A DNA stretch of 63,990 nt, the filler included, from an uncultured Methanosarcinales archaeon (GTDB taxonomy: Archaea; Nanobdellota; Nanobdellia; Woesearchaeales; JAGLXL01): NCBI GenBank assembly GCA_964472345.1. It is 11 parts of 11 records of this genome, joined end to end, with 100 filler letters (N's around TTAATTAATTAA, not from the genome) between each part and the next. Parts side by side here need not be neighbours in the genome. Positions count along the whole stretch, not along the records: positions 1 to 7,185 come from CAYYLB010000062.1; positions 7,286 to 14,324 come from CAYYLB010000063.1; 9 more parts are not named here. One strand, written 5' to 3'. Under the pieces are notes generated by a model, which saw only the letters and a list, made by a program, of their open reading frames with translations, was not told the DNA's origin and searched no databases. Shown in pieces: positions 1 to 8,735 of this stretch; the stretch's first letter is position 1; each line of letters begins with the position of its first letter. Made by a program: the position numbers and the translations under genes.

Positions 1-102
1 AGTGGAGAGAGAGCATTCATCATGGCGCACAGCATGGAAAGGCACGTTACCGGAAACTGAAAAATGATACATGGGCATAAGAATCACCGCGCACGGTGAA
101 AA

Positions 103-1074
103 ATGGGGATCGAGGACCGGACAGTCAGTGGGAATGGTATTCTCGAGAGTTTGGCGTCGGGTTTGGTAGCCACAGTGCTAGGTTTAGGTTCATTAGGGTG
201 TGAAAAAAGTAGTCCGACATCCGCAGAGGCGTCTGCGCTGCTCGCGGACAGCTACGCCAAAAAGCTCGCAGTGCAGGAAGCGGCCCCGAAGGGAACAATA
301 GATGAAGAAGAGCTAGTGAAAACACAGAAAAATTTGAAGAAGGCACTCAAAGATGTGGCAGGCGGAGACCAATCCTATCGGGAGAAAAGGTGGGAGTGGT
401 ACCTTGTGTTTGATGGTGAGGGTGGACCAGAAGGAGATGTCCGCACTCCACTCGGCGCGCTCAGAACACTCTTCTATGGCATCATGAAAGGAGATTACAA
501 TGCCGTAAAAAGGGTGTATGACATCGAGGGGCAACGGGAGAGAGCCATACAGGAAATTGATGAAAACCTGAATAGATTTAAAGGGGAGAAGTTTACGCAA
601 ATAAAAGATAATGTTCTAATGGATGTAGATAATTCGACGCGTGAAAGGCTGACAGCTGCCTGTAGAGAGGATCAAGGTAAAGAAAACTGGTGGCAGAGAC
701 CATACGAGATCTGGCGCGAAGCTAAGCAAAGGCAGAGAACTGCGCTCGAGAGTGCCGAATGGAGGAGCTTTGTACCATTAGCCAGAAGGATAGCAACGAT
801 ACGGGACGTCGTAATAGGGGCGCAAGGGAGGATAACCCAGCACGACAGCGGCTTACAGGTGGATTGCATAGATTTATGGATATATGAAGGGGGAAAGAAC
901 GAGCCGGATGAAGCACTCTTGCCCTACCGGTCATTCGTCGCCTTCACTGACCGAGGCACCCTCGCTCTCATCGGCGAAGGTAGAGTAAGGGATCGGGGTA
1001 AATCATACACTTTATATGGAATTGAAGGACCGAATGGCTGGCAGTTCTTCAAAGGCGATTCCACAAAGAACTGA
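103..1074 (+). CDS. Hypothetical protein, probable lipoprotein
   Basis: 323-aa ORF; hydrophobic N-terminus ending in lipobox-like LGSLGC; lower GC than core genes. Confidence 0.65.
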   Translation: MGIEDRTVSGNGILESLASGLVATVLGLGSLGCEKSSPTSAEASALLADSYAKKLAVQEAAPKGTIDEEELVKTQKNLKKALKDVAGGDQSYREKRWEWYLVFDGEGGPEGDVRTPLGALRTLFYGIMKGDYNAVKRVYDIEGQRERAIQEIDENLNRFKGEKFTQIKDNVLMDVDNSTRERLTAACREDQGKENWWQRPYEIWREAKQRQRTALESAEWRSFVPLARRIATIRDVVIGAQGRITQHDSGLQVDCIDLWIYEGGKNEPDEALLPYRSFVAFTDRGTLALIGEGRVRDRGKSYTLYGIEGPNGWQFFKGDSTKN

Positions 1075-1155
1075 CGCGCAGCTACTTCCCGGCAGGACAA
1101 ATGGGAAGCCCAAAATACAGGTATGATTGGCGGGCTACATATCACACCGCAGCAA

Positions 1156-1899
1156 TCACTGAAAAAAAACCTCGCACTCCCGCAGCGCCGCATCCGTTGA
1201 CGGAACAAGCGCAACCTCGGCAGGGACAGTGACATTGCCAGAAAGCCCCAGCAGTTTCCCCCAGATCATTTCCGCCCAGGTGGCAGTAACGCCCTTCTTG
1301 TGCAGCATGGCGAAAAGGATGTACTGCTGCGGAGGCTCGACCTTTGCAACAGGGTTCGGAAGCAGGTAACGCTCTTTCCTGCTGACCTGCCGCGACAGCT
1401 CCTCCAGATAAGAAGACAGCGGCCGCTTCGGCCGCGAGCAGATCGTGTCGTGCTGATTCTGGTACGCACCCAGGTCGCGCCCGGCGGCGCTCTCCTGCAG
1501 GTACGCCTCATTCTTCCGGTACTCGCTGAAATCGAACGTCGCGCAGCGGAAGCAGAGCATCCGATCCGAAAACGGCCCTAAGAGTTTCCCTTGATTGAAA
1601 TTAAGCTGCCCCTCATGGAACTTGAAGACGCACTTCTCCAGCTCCCGCGAGAGGATTTTGTTGACCTCCTCCGGCTCCTCATCCGTAAAGGAAATCGTCT
1701 TCCCCGTGCACTGCTGCGGGATGCGGATGCCGAGCTTCTCGCCGAAATGAGCCGCAAGCACCGTGGCGCGGCACGCCTGCACGTCACCGTTGCACGCCGG
1801 TTTGGTGGCGCGCACGGCAAAAATGATGAGCAGCACCCCGACGATGGCCGCCATGATGATGGCCACGAGCATCGTCATGCTCAGCTCGCCGCGCCTCAT
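1156..1899 (-). CDS. Class III signal peptide (pilin-like) secreted protein, Cys-patterned domain
   Basis: MRRG/ELSMTMLVAIIMAAIVGVLLIIF N-terminus; Cys pattern shared with 2390..3307. Confidence 0.75.
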   Translation of the reverse strand: MRRGELSMTMLVAIIMAAIVGVLLIIFAVRATKPACNGDVQACRATVLAAHFGEKLGIRIPQQCTGKTISFTDEEPEEVNKILSRELEKCVFKFHEGQLNFNQGKLLGPFSDRMLCFRCATFDFSEYRKNEAYLQESAAGRDLGAYQNQHDTICSRPKRPLSSYLEELSRQVSRKERYLLPNPVAKVEPPQQYILFAMLHKKGVTATWAEMIWGKLLGLSGNVTVPAEVALVPSTDAALRECEVFFQ

Positions 1900-2024
1900 A
1901 GCTCAAACCTCGCCAGGAACAGCCCGACCTTGCCGGTGAACACCGCCCAGATGATGAGCGTCGCGAGCAGCAGGATGATTACGGCAAGGATCCACCACAT
2001 CTCGCTCGTCCCCCGGCGCATCAT
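1896..2024 (-). CDS. Small 42-aa pilin-like peptide (not in ORF track)
   Basis: Manual translation MMRRG/TSEMWWILAVIILLLATLIIWAVFTGKVGLFLARFEL*; stop overlaps the next ATG (ATGA). Confidence 0.7.
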   Translation of the reverse strand: MMRRGTSEMWWILAVIILLLATLIIWAVFTGKVGLFLARFEL

Positions 2025-2389
2025 AGTGGCAAAGGCAAAGCAGCCGAGCTTTATTTATGTTTCGCCCGCCTGCACAACAGATCAAGGTACCGGGTGCCGC
2101 ACCCAGCCCCCTGACGATGCCGCAACCCCAGGCAGCGCCGGAGCCGCAGGCGGAGGCGCGATGGAGAACGCTCGCCGCCGCTCGGTTTTCAGTGCACGGC
2201 AGCACAAGGCCCGGCTTCTTTCGCACGAGAGCCACCTTCCGCCGCACGTTAAGGCACGACGGGCAACTTTCGCGGCAGTTTTTTGCGCGCAGGAGCGCAG
2301 TTCATGGGCCGACGCAGGCAGAAGCACAACCGAAAAGCGCCGTCCAGCTCCCAGCATTCAGCAGCGCCCGGGCGCGCACGGCACACGCG

Positions 2390-3307
2390 TTAACGAGGCG
2401 GCGCGACCTGCACCGGCAGGTCCCTGCAGCCGAGCTCCTGCAGCGCCCCCTCATGCCACTCCACCAGGTTGATCGTCGCGAGCCACGCCTGCGGCTTCTC
2501 GCGGAACACCTCAACGAGCGCCCTGGCGCCGCCGACGATGAGGCTGCCGGTCGCGATAGCCCCGAGAGACAGCCAGCCCACAGGATTGCTCCCGAGGAAG
2601 AGGATGACGCCCGTCACCAGCGCACCGCCCTCAATCACCCCGCTCGTGAACTGCAGCACCGCGGGTTTTGTTCCAAGGGCGGAAGCCCACTCCTCCAGCG
2701 TCCGCTGCCCTTTCACGTAGATGAACACCACGCCGTACGTATCCGTCGAATCGATCTGCTTCTCCAGGTGAGGGTCTTTCTTGTTGTACAGGGCAGGGTC
2801 GTTGACCAGCTCCTTGAAGTGCGGCGCCTCATAGCCCGCGAACACATCGAGATAGCTGATCCCCCTGCCAGGCGCAGCTGTCTCCGCAAGATACGTCGAA
2901 AAGCCCCGGAGGTACGAATGCGTGTCCGTAAAGCGGACAATCGCGCACGGCGCGCAGTACACCGTTTCCCCCTCAAAAAGGTCATACGTCCCGTCGCGGT
3001 AAATGGTGTGCCAGCAGTCGTACATCGCGTCCGCAAGCCGCTTCTTCGCCTCCTGCTGCCCGCGCTCCGTCGTCAGCTTCGCGGTGATGGTCACGTCAAG
3101 CGGCGGGCAGGAGATGGGCGGTCGCTGCGCAACGGAGGAAAAGCCGTACAGCGCATGTGCCCGGACGCTGCTCGCGCAGGACGTCGTCCACTCCGCAGCG
3201 CCCGTTTCCGGCGCCACGCGGAACGCAAGGAAATACGCAAGGAGGCCGAGCACGATCAGCCCCATGATGATCACGACAAGCTGCCCCGCGTGCTCCGTCA
3301 TGCTCAT
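2390..3307 (-). CDS. Membrane-anchored secreted protein, paralog of 1156..1899
   Basis: Start placed at the ATGA-coupled ATG (MSMTEHAG..); N-terminal TM; C-x-S-V..C..KRLADAMYDCW..G..F..CAPCA pattern. Confidence 0.75.
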   Translation of the reverse strand: MSMTEHAGQLVVIIMGLIVLGLLAYFLAFRVAPETGAAEWTTSCASSVRAHALYGFSSVAQRPPISCPPLDVTITAKLTTERGQQEAKKRLADAMYDCWHTIYRDGTYDLFEGETVYCAPCAIVRFTDTHSYLRGFSTYLAETAAPGRGISYLDVFAGYEAPHFKELVNDPALYNKKDPHLEKQIDSTDTYGVVFIYVKGQRTLEEWASALGTKPAVLQFTSGVIEGGALVTGVILFLGSNPVGWLSLGAIATGSLIVGGARALVEVFREKPQAWLATINLVEWHEGALQELGCRDLPVQVAPPR

Positions 3308-3435
3308 GCCTGCACCGCCAGCTTCGGCTCGATCAGGTTGAAATAGATGACAAGGAAGATGATCGCAAAAATCACGAAGATGATAATGGTGATAAGCAGC
3401 CACATCCACAGCGAAACCTCCCCGCGCGTCCGCAT
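3304..3435 (-). CDS. Small 43-aa pilin-like peptide
   Basis: MRTRG/EVSLWMWLLITIIIFVIFAIIFLVIYF..; ATGA-coupled to the downstream gene; TTTAAATA box ~23 nt upstream. Confidence 0.7.
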   Translation of the reverse strand: MRTRGEVSLWMWLLITIIIFVIFAIIFLVIYFNLIEPKLAVQA

Positions 3436-3487
3436 CCTCTTCTGGAAAACAGCAGAATATTTAAAGAGTGCGGTGATAAAAAAAAGT

Positions 3488-4972
3488 ATGGGCCTGCTCG
3501 AGCGCACCATCGCAGCGATTGAATCCATCAACCTACCCCAAGCAGGACGAACAACACGCCGGGGCTTCTTTGGCCTCCTCGCAGCAGGAGGAGGAGCAGT
3601 CGTTTGGGGTAAAGAAGCAGCAGCGTTCCACACCGAAGCCAAGCAGCGCCCAGGCCAGGCCGCTCCGCCGCAGGAGCCCATTGATCATCCCTCGCTCACC
3701 CGTCGCATCGCGTATCTGTACGGACGGGAGTTCCCCGACTCGCAGACCGCACGCGACATGCAAGACCCCGAGTTTCTCGAAGCGTTCATCCAAGGCAGCA
3801 TCGACGAAGACTACCCGCTCACGAAAAGCCTCCAGCACGCGTGGAACCCGACGCGCCCCGAGAAGGATGACTGCTGGAACCCTTTCTTAGGTTTGGGGAA
3901 CGACGGCAGCAAGGATGCCTTCTCGCGCGCGCAGGGGCTCTGGGAAGAGGCGAGAAAATACTACAAAAGCGGCGAGCGGCGGCGGGCGTACTACACGCTG
4001 GGGCATGTGATTCACCTGCTCGAGGACATGGGCAGCCCCGCGCATGCATTCCTGATCCCCCACTTCACGATACAGAAGATCGTCACGGAGCGCGAAATCA
4101 TCGACAATCAGAGCGAAATCACGAAGTATCTTAAGGATCGCGGCCTGGACCTCACCGGGCAGAATGAAGTGGTTGTTATTGACATCGGCGACGATTACGA
4201 AACGATCTGCGCGAGCATCGAGATGGGCAGTATCATCAGCCGGCCCCTTCATAAAAAAGAGACAGCATCACTCTACGAGGCGATGAGAACGATTGCTATG
4301 CTCAGCCTCAACCCTGGGGAAGAGATCGCGCACGTCATCGGGAAGCTTTACAGCGCGACGCGGAGCGGCAACGGCCATTACACCGGGAACCGTGCGACAG
4401 AGAAAGACATCCGCACCCTCGCGCGAGTCATAGTCCCGGAAGTCATTGAGCGCGGTGCAGGGGTGCTTGGTTTGTGGGATGGTGCAATAAAAGGCGCAGA
4501 AGAGGGGTGGAAGCGAGACCTCATAAGAACAACACAGGAATATTTCGATAGGATCGGGTGGATATATGGGTACGACGATTGGGTAGGTGATGAATTCAAA
4601 AAAGATAGAATATGGTTAAAAGAGCAAGTTGACGCTTCGATAGCGCCGGAAGCGCGGGGGCGTCTCAGCGTTGTGATGTTCCATACATCTGGGGGGCGTA
4701 AACAAAACCCCGACTACTACGAAACCGAGGTCAGCGTAAGAAGAGCGAAGATAGTGGGAGAAAACGTCGAAGTCCAATGTGGATACAGCTCGCGCTGGGC
4801 CGGCGGAACGGTCTACCGAGACAAACTACAGATTGATTGGGAATTTGTATGGCACAACAACGGTGACGGTTGGAAAATCGTAGACATAAAAATATCAAAA
4901 TATGACCTAAAGACGATGGATTACGAAGGGTATAAGAACAGCTTTGACTTTCTTTGGAAGCGGCAGGAGTGA
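3488..4972 (+). CDS. Tat-exported zinc-dependent phospholipase C / S1-P1 nuclease-like protein with an additional C-terminal domain
   Basis: TRRGFF twin-arginine motif then AAA cleavage site; AYYTLGHVIHLLEDMGSPAH metal-binding motif. Confidence 0.7.
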   Translation: MGLLERTIAAIESINLPQAGRTTRRGFFGLLAAGGGAVVWGKEAAAFHTEAKQRPGQAAPPQEPIDHPSLTRRIAYLYGREFPDSQTARDMQDPEFLEAFIQGSIDEDYPLTKSLQHAWNPTRPEKDDCWNPFLGLGNDGSKDAFSRAQGLWEEARKYYKSGERRRAYYTLGHVIHLLEDMGSPAHAFLIPHFTIQKIVTEREIIDNQSEITKYLKDRGLDLTGQNEVVVIDIGDDYETICASIEMGSIISRPLHKKETASLYEAMRTIAMLSLNPGEEIAHVIGKLYSATRSGNGHYTGNRATEKDIRTLARVIVPEVIERGAGVLGLWDGAIKGAEEGWKRDLIRTTQEYFDRIGWIYGYDDWVGDEFKKDRIWLKEQVDASIAPEARGRLSVVMFHTSGGRKQNPDYYETEVSVRRAKIVGENVEVQCGYSSRWAGGTVYRDKLQIDWEFVWHNNGDGWKIVDIKISKYDLKTMDYEGYKNSFDFLWKRQE

Positions 4973-5180
4973 GAGCAGGAGGGACAGCGGGTATGCAAGA
5001 CCGCAACGCTCCGCTTTATCGTCTTCGATTACGTCGCATAGGAATACGACACTCTCGCCTTCCACCGCTGGTGCACGAGCTGAAGGAGAATGTAGGGAAG
5101 GTGGTGCGATAATAGCTGCATACAATCAACAATACCAAAAAATCACAAATAACATAGAAGAAAGAAAAGCTAAGGATAAA

Positions 5181-5501
5181 CTACCCCCTATAACATACGA
5201 GCCCCTGCACACAAACCTGTTCTGGATTATCGCGTGGACCTGCTGTTAAAAGTCTGTTCGTCGCACAATCTTCAGGCTGAACACACCTCCCATTAGCAGT
5301 AGCACTACCTTCAAGAACAGAACAATCAGTAGTAGAAACTCCATTAGACGCAAATGCGGCCGCCTGAAGCTTCGCCTTTTCTTCTTCAGATTGCACTCCC
5401 CACTCAAACCGCCCAATCCTTCCCGTAAAAATCGCGACAATCACCACCAGCACCACAAGAACGATGATCGCGATGATAATCGTATTCAGCGGCAGCCCTT
5501 G
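5181..5501 (-). pseudogene. Pilin-like gene copy 1 (QGLPLNTIIIAIIVLVVLVVIVAIFTG + Cys-rich C-terminus); no in-frame start codon upstream of the prepilin motif
   Basis: Manual translation; 70/73 nt identical to copy 2 over the N-terminal helix; nearby upstream ATGs are out of frame. Confidence 0.6.
5422..5494. repeat. 73-nt direct repeat, copy 1 (copy 2 at 7113..7185)
   Basis: Direct comparison: 3 mismatches, all synonymous. Confidence 0.9.
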
Positions 5502-5555
5502 GCATGTTTCAGCTTGCGGCTCTTGACGGGGAACGCTCCCCTCGTGCTTCCATAT

Positions 5556-5591
5556 TAAACAAAAAGTTTATATATGTAAACTAATAGTTTA
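5556..5591 (+). promoter_or_regulatory. BRE/TATA promoter overlapped by two TAAAC-N5-GTTTA palindromes (probable autoregulatory operators)
   Basis: TAAACAAAAAGTTTA 5556-5570 and TAAACTAATAGTTTA 5577-5591, 21 bp apart, around TTTATATA. Confidence 0.7.
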
Positions 5592-5597
5592 TTATTA

Positions 5598-6143
5598 ATG
5601 ACAAAAATAGACGACCTGCCCGACAACCTGCCCAGGACAGAAGAAAAGCTTCGGGCTGCCTTTGAAGAGTGCCTGAAAGAGAAGAGGGCGATGGTCAAAA
5701 CAAGAACCTATGTCAGGGTGCCCAAGGAATTTTATCGTGATTACATTGACTCAGCCTTGACCGCCCTCAACGCCGCCAGAATTTTGCTGGAAAATGGTTC
5801 TTATGAATGGGTCATCGTGCCTGCGTATTCTGCTGTTTTTCAGGCAGGGAACGCCGTAGTTATAAAAGAATATGAAAAAGAGTGCAGAGACCATTTTTGC
5901 CTGCTGGTGACGCTGCTGAAGCTGAAGAAAATAGGCCCGGGTGAAGCAGAAGACATGACAACCATCAGGAAGAGGCTGGACAGGCTTTCTGAAGAGAGCA
6001 TCGCCTTTGCCAGCAAACTGCGCCTGGTAAGAAGCTCGGTGATTTACAAGCCCTCGAAAGAGTACAACGAAAAAGAGATGGCAGAAGAAGTTTTTGACAA
6101 AGCGAAAAGATTCGTCAATTACGTAATGGGGATTGTGGCATGA
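5598..6143 (+). CDS. HEPN domain protein (HEPN-MNT module)
   Basis: ARILLENGSYEWVIVPAYSAVFQA helix and R-x4-Y motif (RSSVIY); ATGA-coupled to the MNT gene. Confidence 0.8.
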   Translation: MTKIDDLPDNLPRTEEKLRAAFEECLKEKRAMVKTRTYVRVPKEFYRDYIDSALTALNAARILLENGSYEWVIVPAYSAVFQAGNAVVIKEYEKECRDHFCLLVTLLKLKKIGPGEAEDMTTIRKRLDRLSEESIAFASKLRLVRSSVIYKPSKEYNEKEMAEEVFDKAKRFVNYVMGIVA

Positions 6144-6739
6144 TAAAAACAACAAAAGCCGCCTTTGAGATTTTGCTCGTTTTATTTGCCGAAAAAGAGG
6201 CGAACCTGAGCACGATCGCGAAGCACACGGGGCTGAGCGGGATGGGAGTTTCAAAAATAGTTAAGCGGTTGGAAGAGAATAACCTGGTGGGCGTGACAAG
6301 GATGGGAAGGAATTCGGTCGTGAGGCTCAATAAAACCGGGGAGAATGGTGAAGTGTTTGCCTTGGCCGAAAAATATAAATTTGAAAAATTTGTTGATAGC
6401 CACAGCGAATTGAAGGGCTTCCTGGTGGGGCTCAGGGAAAGAGTCAAGGAGAGAGGCGATTTTGTGCTTCTGTTCGGCTCGTACGCTGCCGGAGAGGAAA
6501 GCCCTCAAAGCGATCTTGACCTGCTGATAGTTTCCCCTGATGGAGAAACAGCAAGCATCATAAAAAAACTCGCGGTTTTGGTGGACAGCAGGATTGCGCC
6601 GGTAACAATCCGGAGCAAGGATTTTATGGAGCAGTACCGCAAAAATCACCGGCTGTACCGGGAGATAGTTGATGGGAAGCGGATTCTCATAAGTGGAGAG
6701 TACGCCTTTTGGAAAATGCTGCTGGCGCTGGGAAAATAA
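6140..6739 (+). CDS. wHTH + minimal nucleotidyltransferase (MNT) antitoxin
   Basis: N-terminal HTH; LFGSYAAG..SDLDLLIV motif. Confidence 0.85.
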   Translation: MIKTTKAAFEILLVLFAEKEANLSTIAKHTGLSGMGVSKIVKRLEENNLVGVTRMGRNSVVRLNKTGENGEVFALAEKYKFEKFVDSHSELKGFLVGLRERVKERGDFVLLFGSYAAGEESPQSDLDLLIVSPDGETASIIKKLAVLVDSRIAPVTIRSKDFMEQYRKNHRLYREIVDGKRILISGEYAFWKMLLALGK

Positions 6740-6907
6740 GGGGAGCGGCGTGAGCGCCGGCGCCACCCGAAGCATTGGGATAGGGGTCGCAGGAGGCACG
6801 AGGGGTGAATGCCAGGCCACGAGCCCGGCTACCATGCGCTCCGGAAGCGGCACAGCAAGTGGAGAAAGAGAACGGTGACTCATAGGGAAAAAAGAAAGAA
6901 GGAAAAA

Positions 6908-7185
6908 TTACCTGGTGCAGCATACAGACCCGGCGACACATTCGGGGGCATCTGAAACAATAGATTTACCTTGTGGACAAGTGGTACCTTGGACACAAGC
7001 ACCAGCATTATTTGTTCCACAAAGAGTGGCAGCCCCAGCTCCAAGCTGTTCGGCTTCAGCTTCAGCTCTACTTTGCCTGTCCTTCAACTTCTGCTGCCAG
7101 TCAGCAAGGCTCCCCGTAAAAATCGCAACAATCACCACCAGCACCACAAGAACGATAATCGCAATGATAATCGTATTCAGCGGCA
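6908..7185 (-). CDS. Pilin-like gene copy 2, Cys-rich C-terminus (5' end cut by contig end)
   Basis: PLNTIIIAIIVLVVLVVIVAIFTG followed by C..C..C..C..CC tail. Confidence 0.75.
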
Positions 7186-7285
7186 NNNNNNNNNNNNNNN
7201 NNNNNNNNNNNNNNNNNNNNNNNNNNNNNTTAATTAATTAANNNNNNNNNNNNNNNNNNNNNNNNNNNNNNNNNNNNNNNNNNNN
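7186..7285. other. Artificial contig linker; same linker at 14325-14424, 21430-21529, 28455-28554, 34182-34281, 39642-39741, 44963-45062, 50251-50350, 55461-55560, 60589-60688
   Basis: 100 nt: N-run + TTAATTAATTAA (stops in all frames) + N-run. Confidence 0.98.
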
Positions 7286-7659
7286 ATGCGGCAGAGCACC
7301 TGATCCAGCCCCCCGCGGCGGAAGTGGAGATGATCGGACGTGTGTTCCTGCTCGGGATCGACCAGCACGGAAGCGGCAGTTTTCTCGAGGACAAAGCGGT
7401 TGAACGCATCATCACGCGCCTGCACGAGGCAGAATGCGTCCATGCCCTGAGCACGCTGCGCAAGCTTCTGTACCTCAGAGGGTGTCGGAGAGGAAACGAA
7501 GAGCGCGCGGCGCAGCAACAATCGGGAGCTGACACGCGGAGCATCACGCAGCACATCGAGCGTAGGATAGGCAAAACAGATCGCCGAGAAGCCGAGCTGC
7601 TGCGCTGCACGCGCACACGCTTCTTCATTCCCCTGCGCGAAGAGGATGTCAAGCGGCAT
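7286..7659 (-). CDS. rnp3: RNase P protein Rpp30 (3'-truncated by contig end)
   Basis: A..LGFS.I, NRFVLE, DHLHFRRGGLDQVLC motifs. Confidence 0.75.
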
Positions 7660-8539
7660 CAGGCACCACCAGCAGCGTCTCGCACGCCTTGCAGCGCTCG
7701 CGTGCGGCGGGGCTCCCGCAGGATATGCAGCGCCCTGCTCGCGCACCCGCAAACTGCTCTTTCAGCAGAGGCAGAAAGGAAAGGAACCGCTCAGCGATCT
7801 GCAGCTTGCTTCCGGGCATTCCATGCTCCAGGAGGTTCAGCGCGTCCCGAACGCGTGAGCGGAACGAGCCCTCCGCGTGGGGGCATTCCTTGAAGCGTAC
7901 CGGAAACTTTCGCAGGAATGCGTACGCCGCGACCTCCTTTTCCGGGCAGAAGAACAGCGGCTTGACCCGCTGCGTAAACCCCTCCTGTGGTGAAACGCCG
8001 CTCACAGGACCAAGCTTGGCGCACAGGAACAGCGTCCCTTTCAGGAAGTTCATCAGGATGCTCTGGCACTCATCATCAAGGTTATGGCCGGTAGCAAGCT
8101 TGTCGAATCCTGCTGCGCCTTGGTTCAGCAGCGAGCGCCGCAGCACGCCGCACGACCGGCATGCTGATGCGCCGCGTGCAAGCAGCCCCTCGAGCTCAAC
8201 GCCGAACGCTTCACGGAATGAGAGGATTTGGAATGGAATCTCATACTGCGTGCAAAAGTGGCGCAGATCAGCAAGCGTCTGATCACGGTACTGAGGGATG
8301 CCTTCATCGATCGCAAGCCCGGTGACACGCTCGCCAAAAAGCCGGTGGAGCAGGAACAGTGCCGTCTGGCTGTCCTTGCCGCCGGAGACAGCGACTGCGA
8401 CACGCTCCCCGTCGCGGATGAGAGAGAACCGCTGCAGTGCTGCAGAGACCTTCCCCTCGACGAAAGAGTAGAAATGACGCTCGCACAGGAGCGGCGGTGA
8501 AAAGACCGCAGCGCCGGAGCAGCGTGTGCAGGCAGCCAT
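7649..8539 (-). CDS. ttuA: tRNA 2-thiouridine synthase, TtuA/NcsA/Ncs6 family
   Basis: N-terminal CxxC..CxxH, PP-loop SGGKDS, CRSCG, ATGHNLDD, C-terminal Zn finger. Confidence 0.85.
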   Translation of the reverse strand: MAACTRCSGAAVFSPPLLCERHFYSFVEGKVSAALQRFSLIRDGERVAVAVSGGKDSQTALFLLHRLFGERVTGLAIDEGIPQYRDQTLADLRHFCTQYEIPFQILSFREAFGVELEGLLARGASACRSCGVLRRSLLNQGAAGFDKLATGHNLDDECQSILMNFLKGTLFLCAKLGPVSGVSPQEGFTQRVKPLFFCPEKEVAAYAFLRKFPVRFKECPHAEGSFRSRVRDALNLLEHGMPGSKLQIAERFLSFLPLLKEQFAGARAGRCISCGSPAARERCKACETLLVVPDAA

Positions 8540-8540
8540 C

Positions 8541-8735
8541 TTAGCCCCCCGAGATCACCGACAGGATCTGAATGGTATCACGCGGTGAAACCTCGTCTGA
8601 AACGACGAGAAGCTGGCCGTCCCTGCTGACAAGCACGGTTTCCGGATTGACCTGAAGCCGCACAAGCAGCTCGCTGACCATGCCGGCAAACTCAAGCACG
8701 TGCTGCTTCCCCGTTCGCTCAACAAAGACGTTCAT
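8541..8735 (-). CDS. MoaD/ThiS/SAMP ubiquitin-like sulfur carrier
   Basis: 64 aa, VNPETVLVSRDG, C-terminal ISGG. Confidence 0.9.
   Translation of the reverse strand: MNVFVERTGKQHVLEFAGMVSELLVRLQVNPETVLVSRDGQLLVVSDEVSPRDTIQILSVISGG

Noticed and set aside
6740..6883. GC-rich spacer with a tRNA-like start (GGGCTCGTGGCCTGG) on the minus strand
   Set aside because: No T arm or acceptor pairing could be built
5422..7185. Repeat pair differing only at A positions, as in a DGR template/variable pair
   Set aside because: Only three synonymous transitions, A on the non-coding strand, in the conserved N-terminus; no reverse transcriptase in the window
7186..7285. Recurrent TTAATTAATTAA palindrome within N runs
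   Set aside because: Artificial contig linker; adjacency across linkers has no biological meaning
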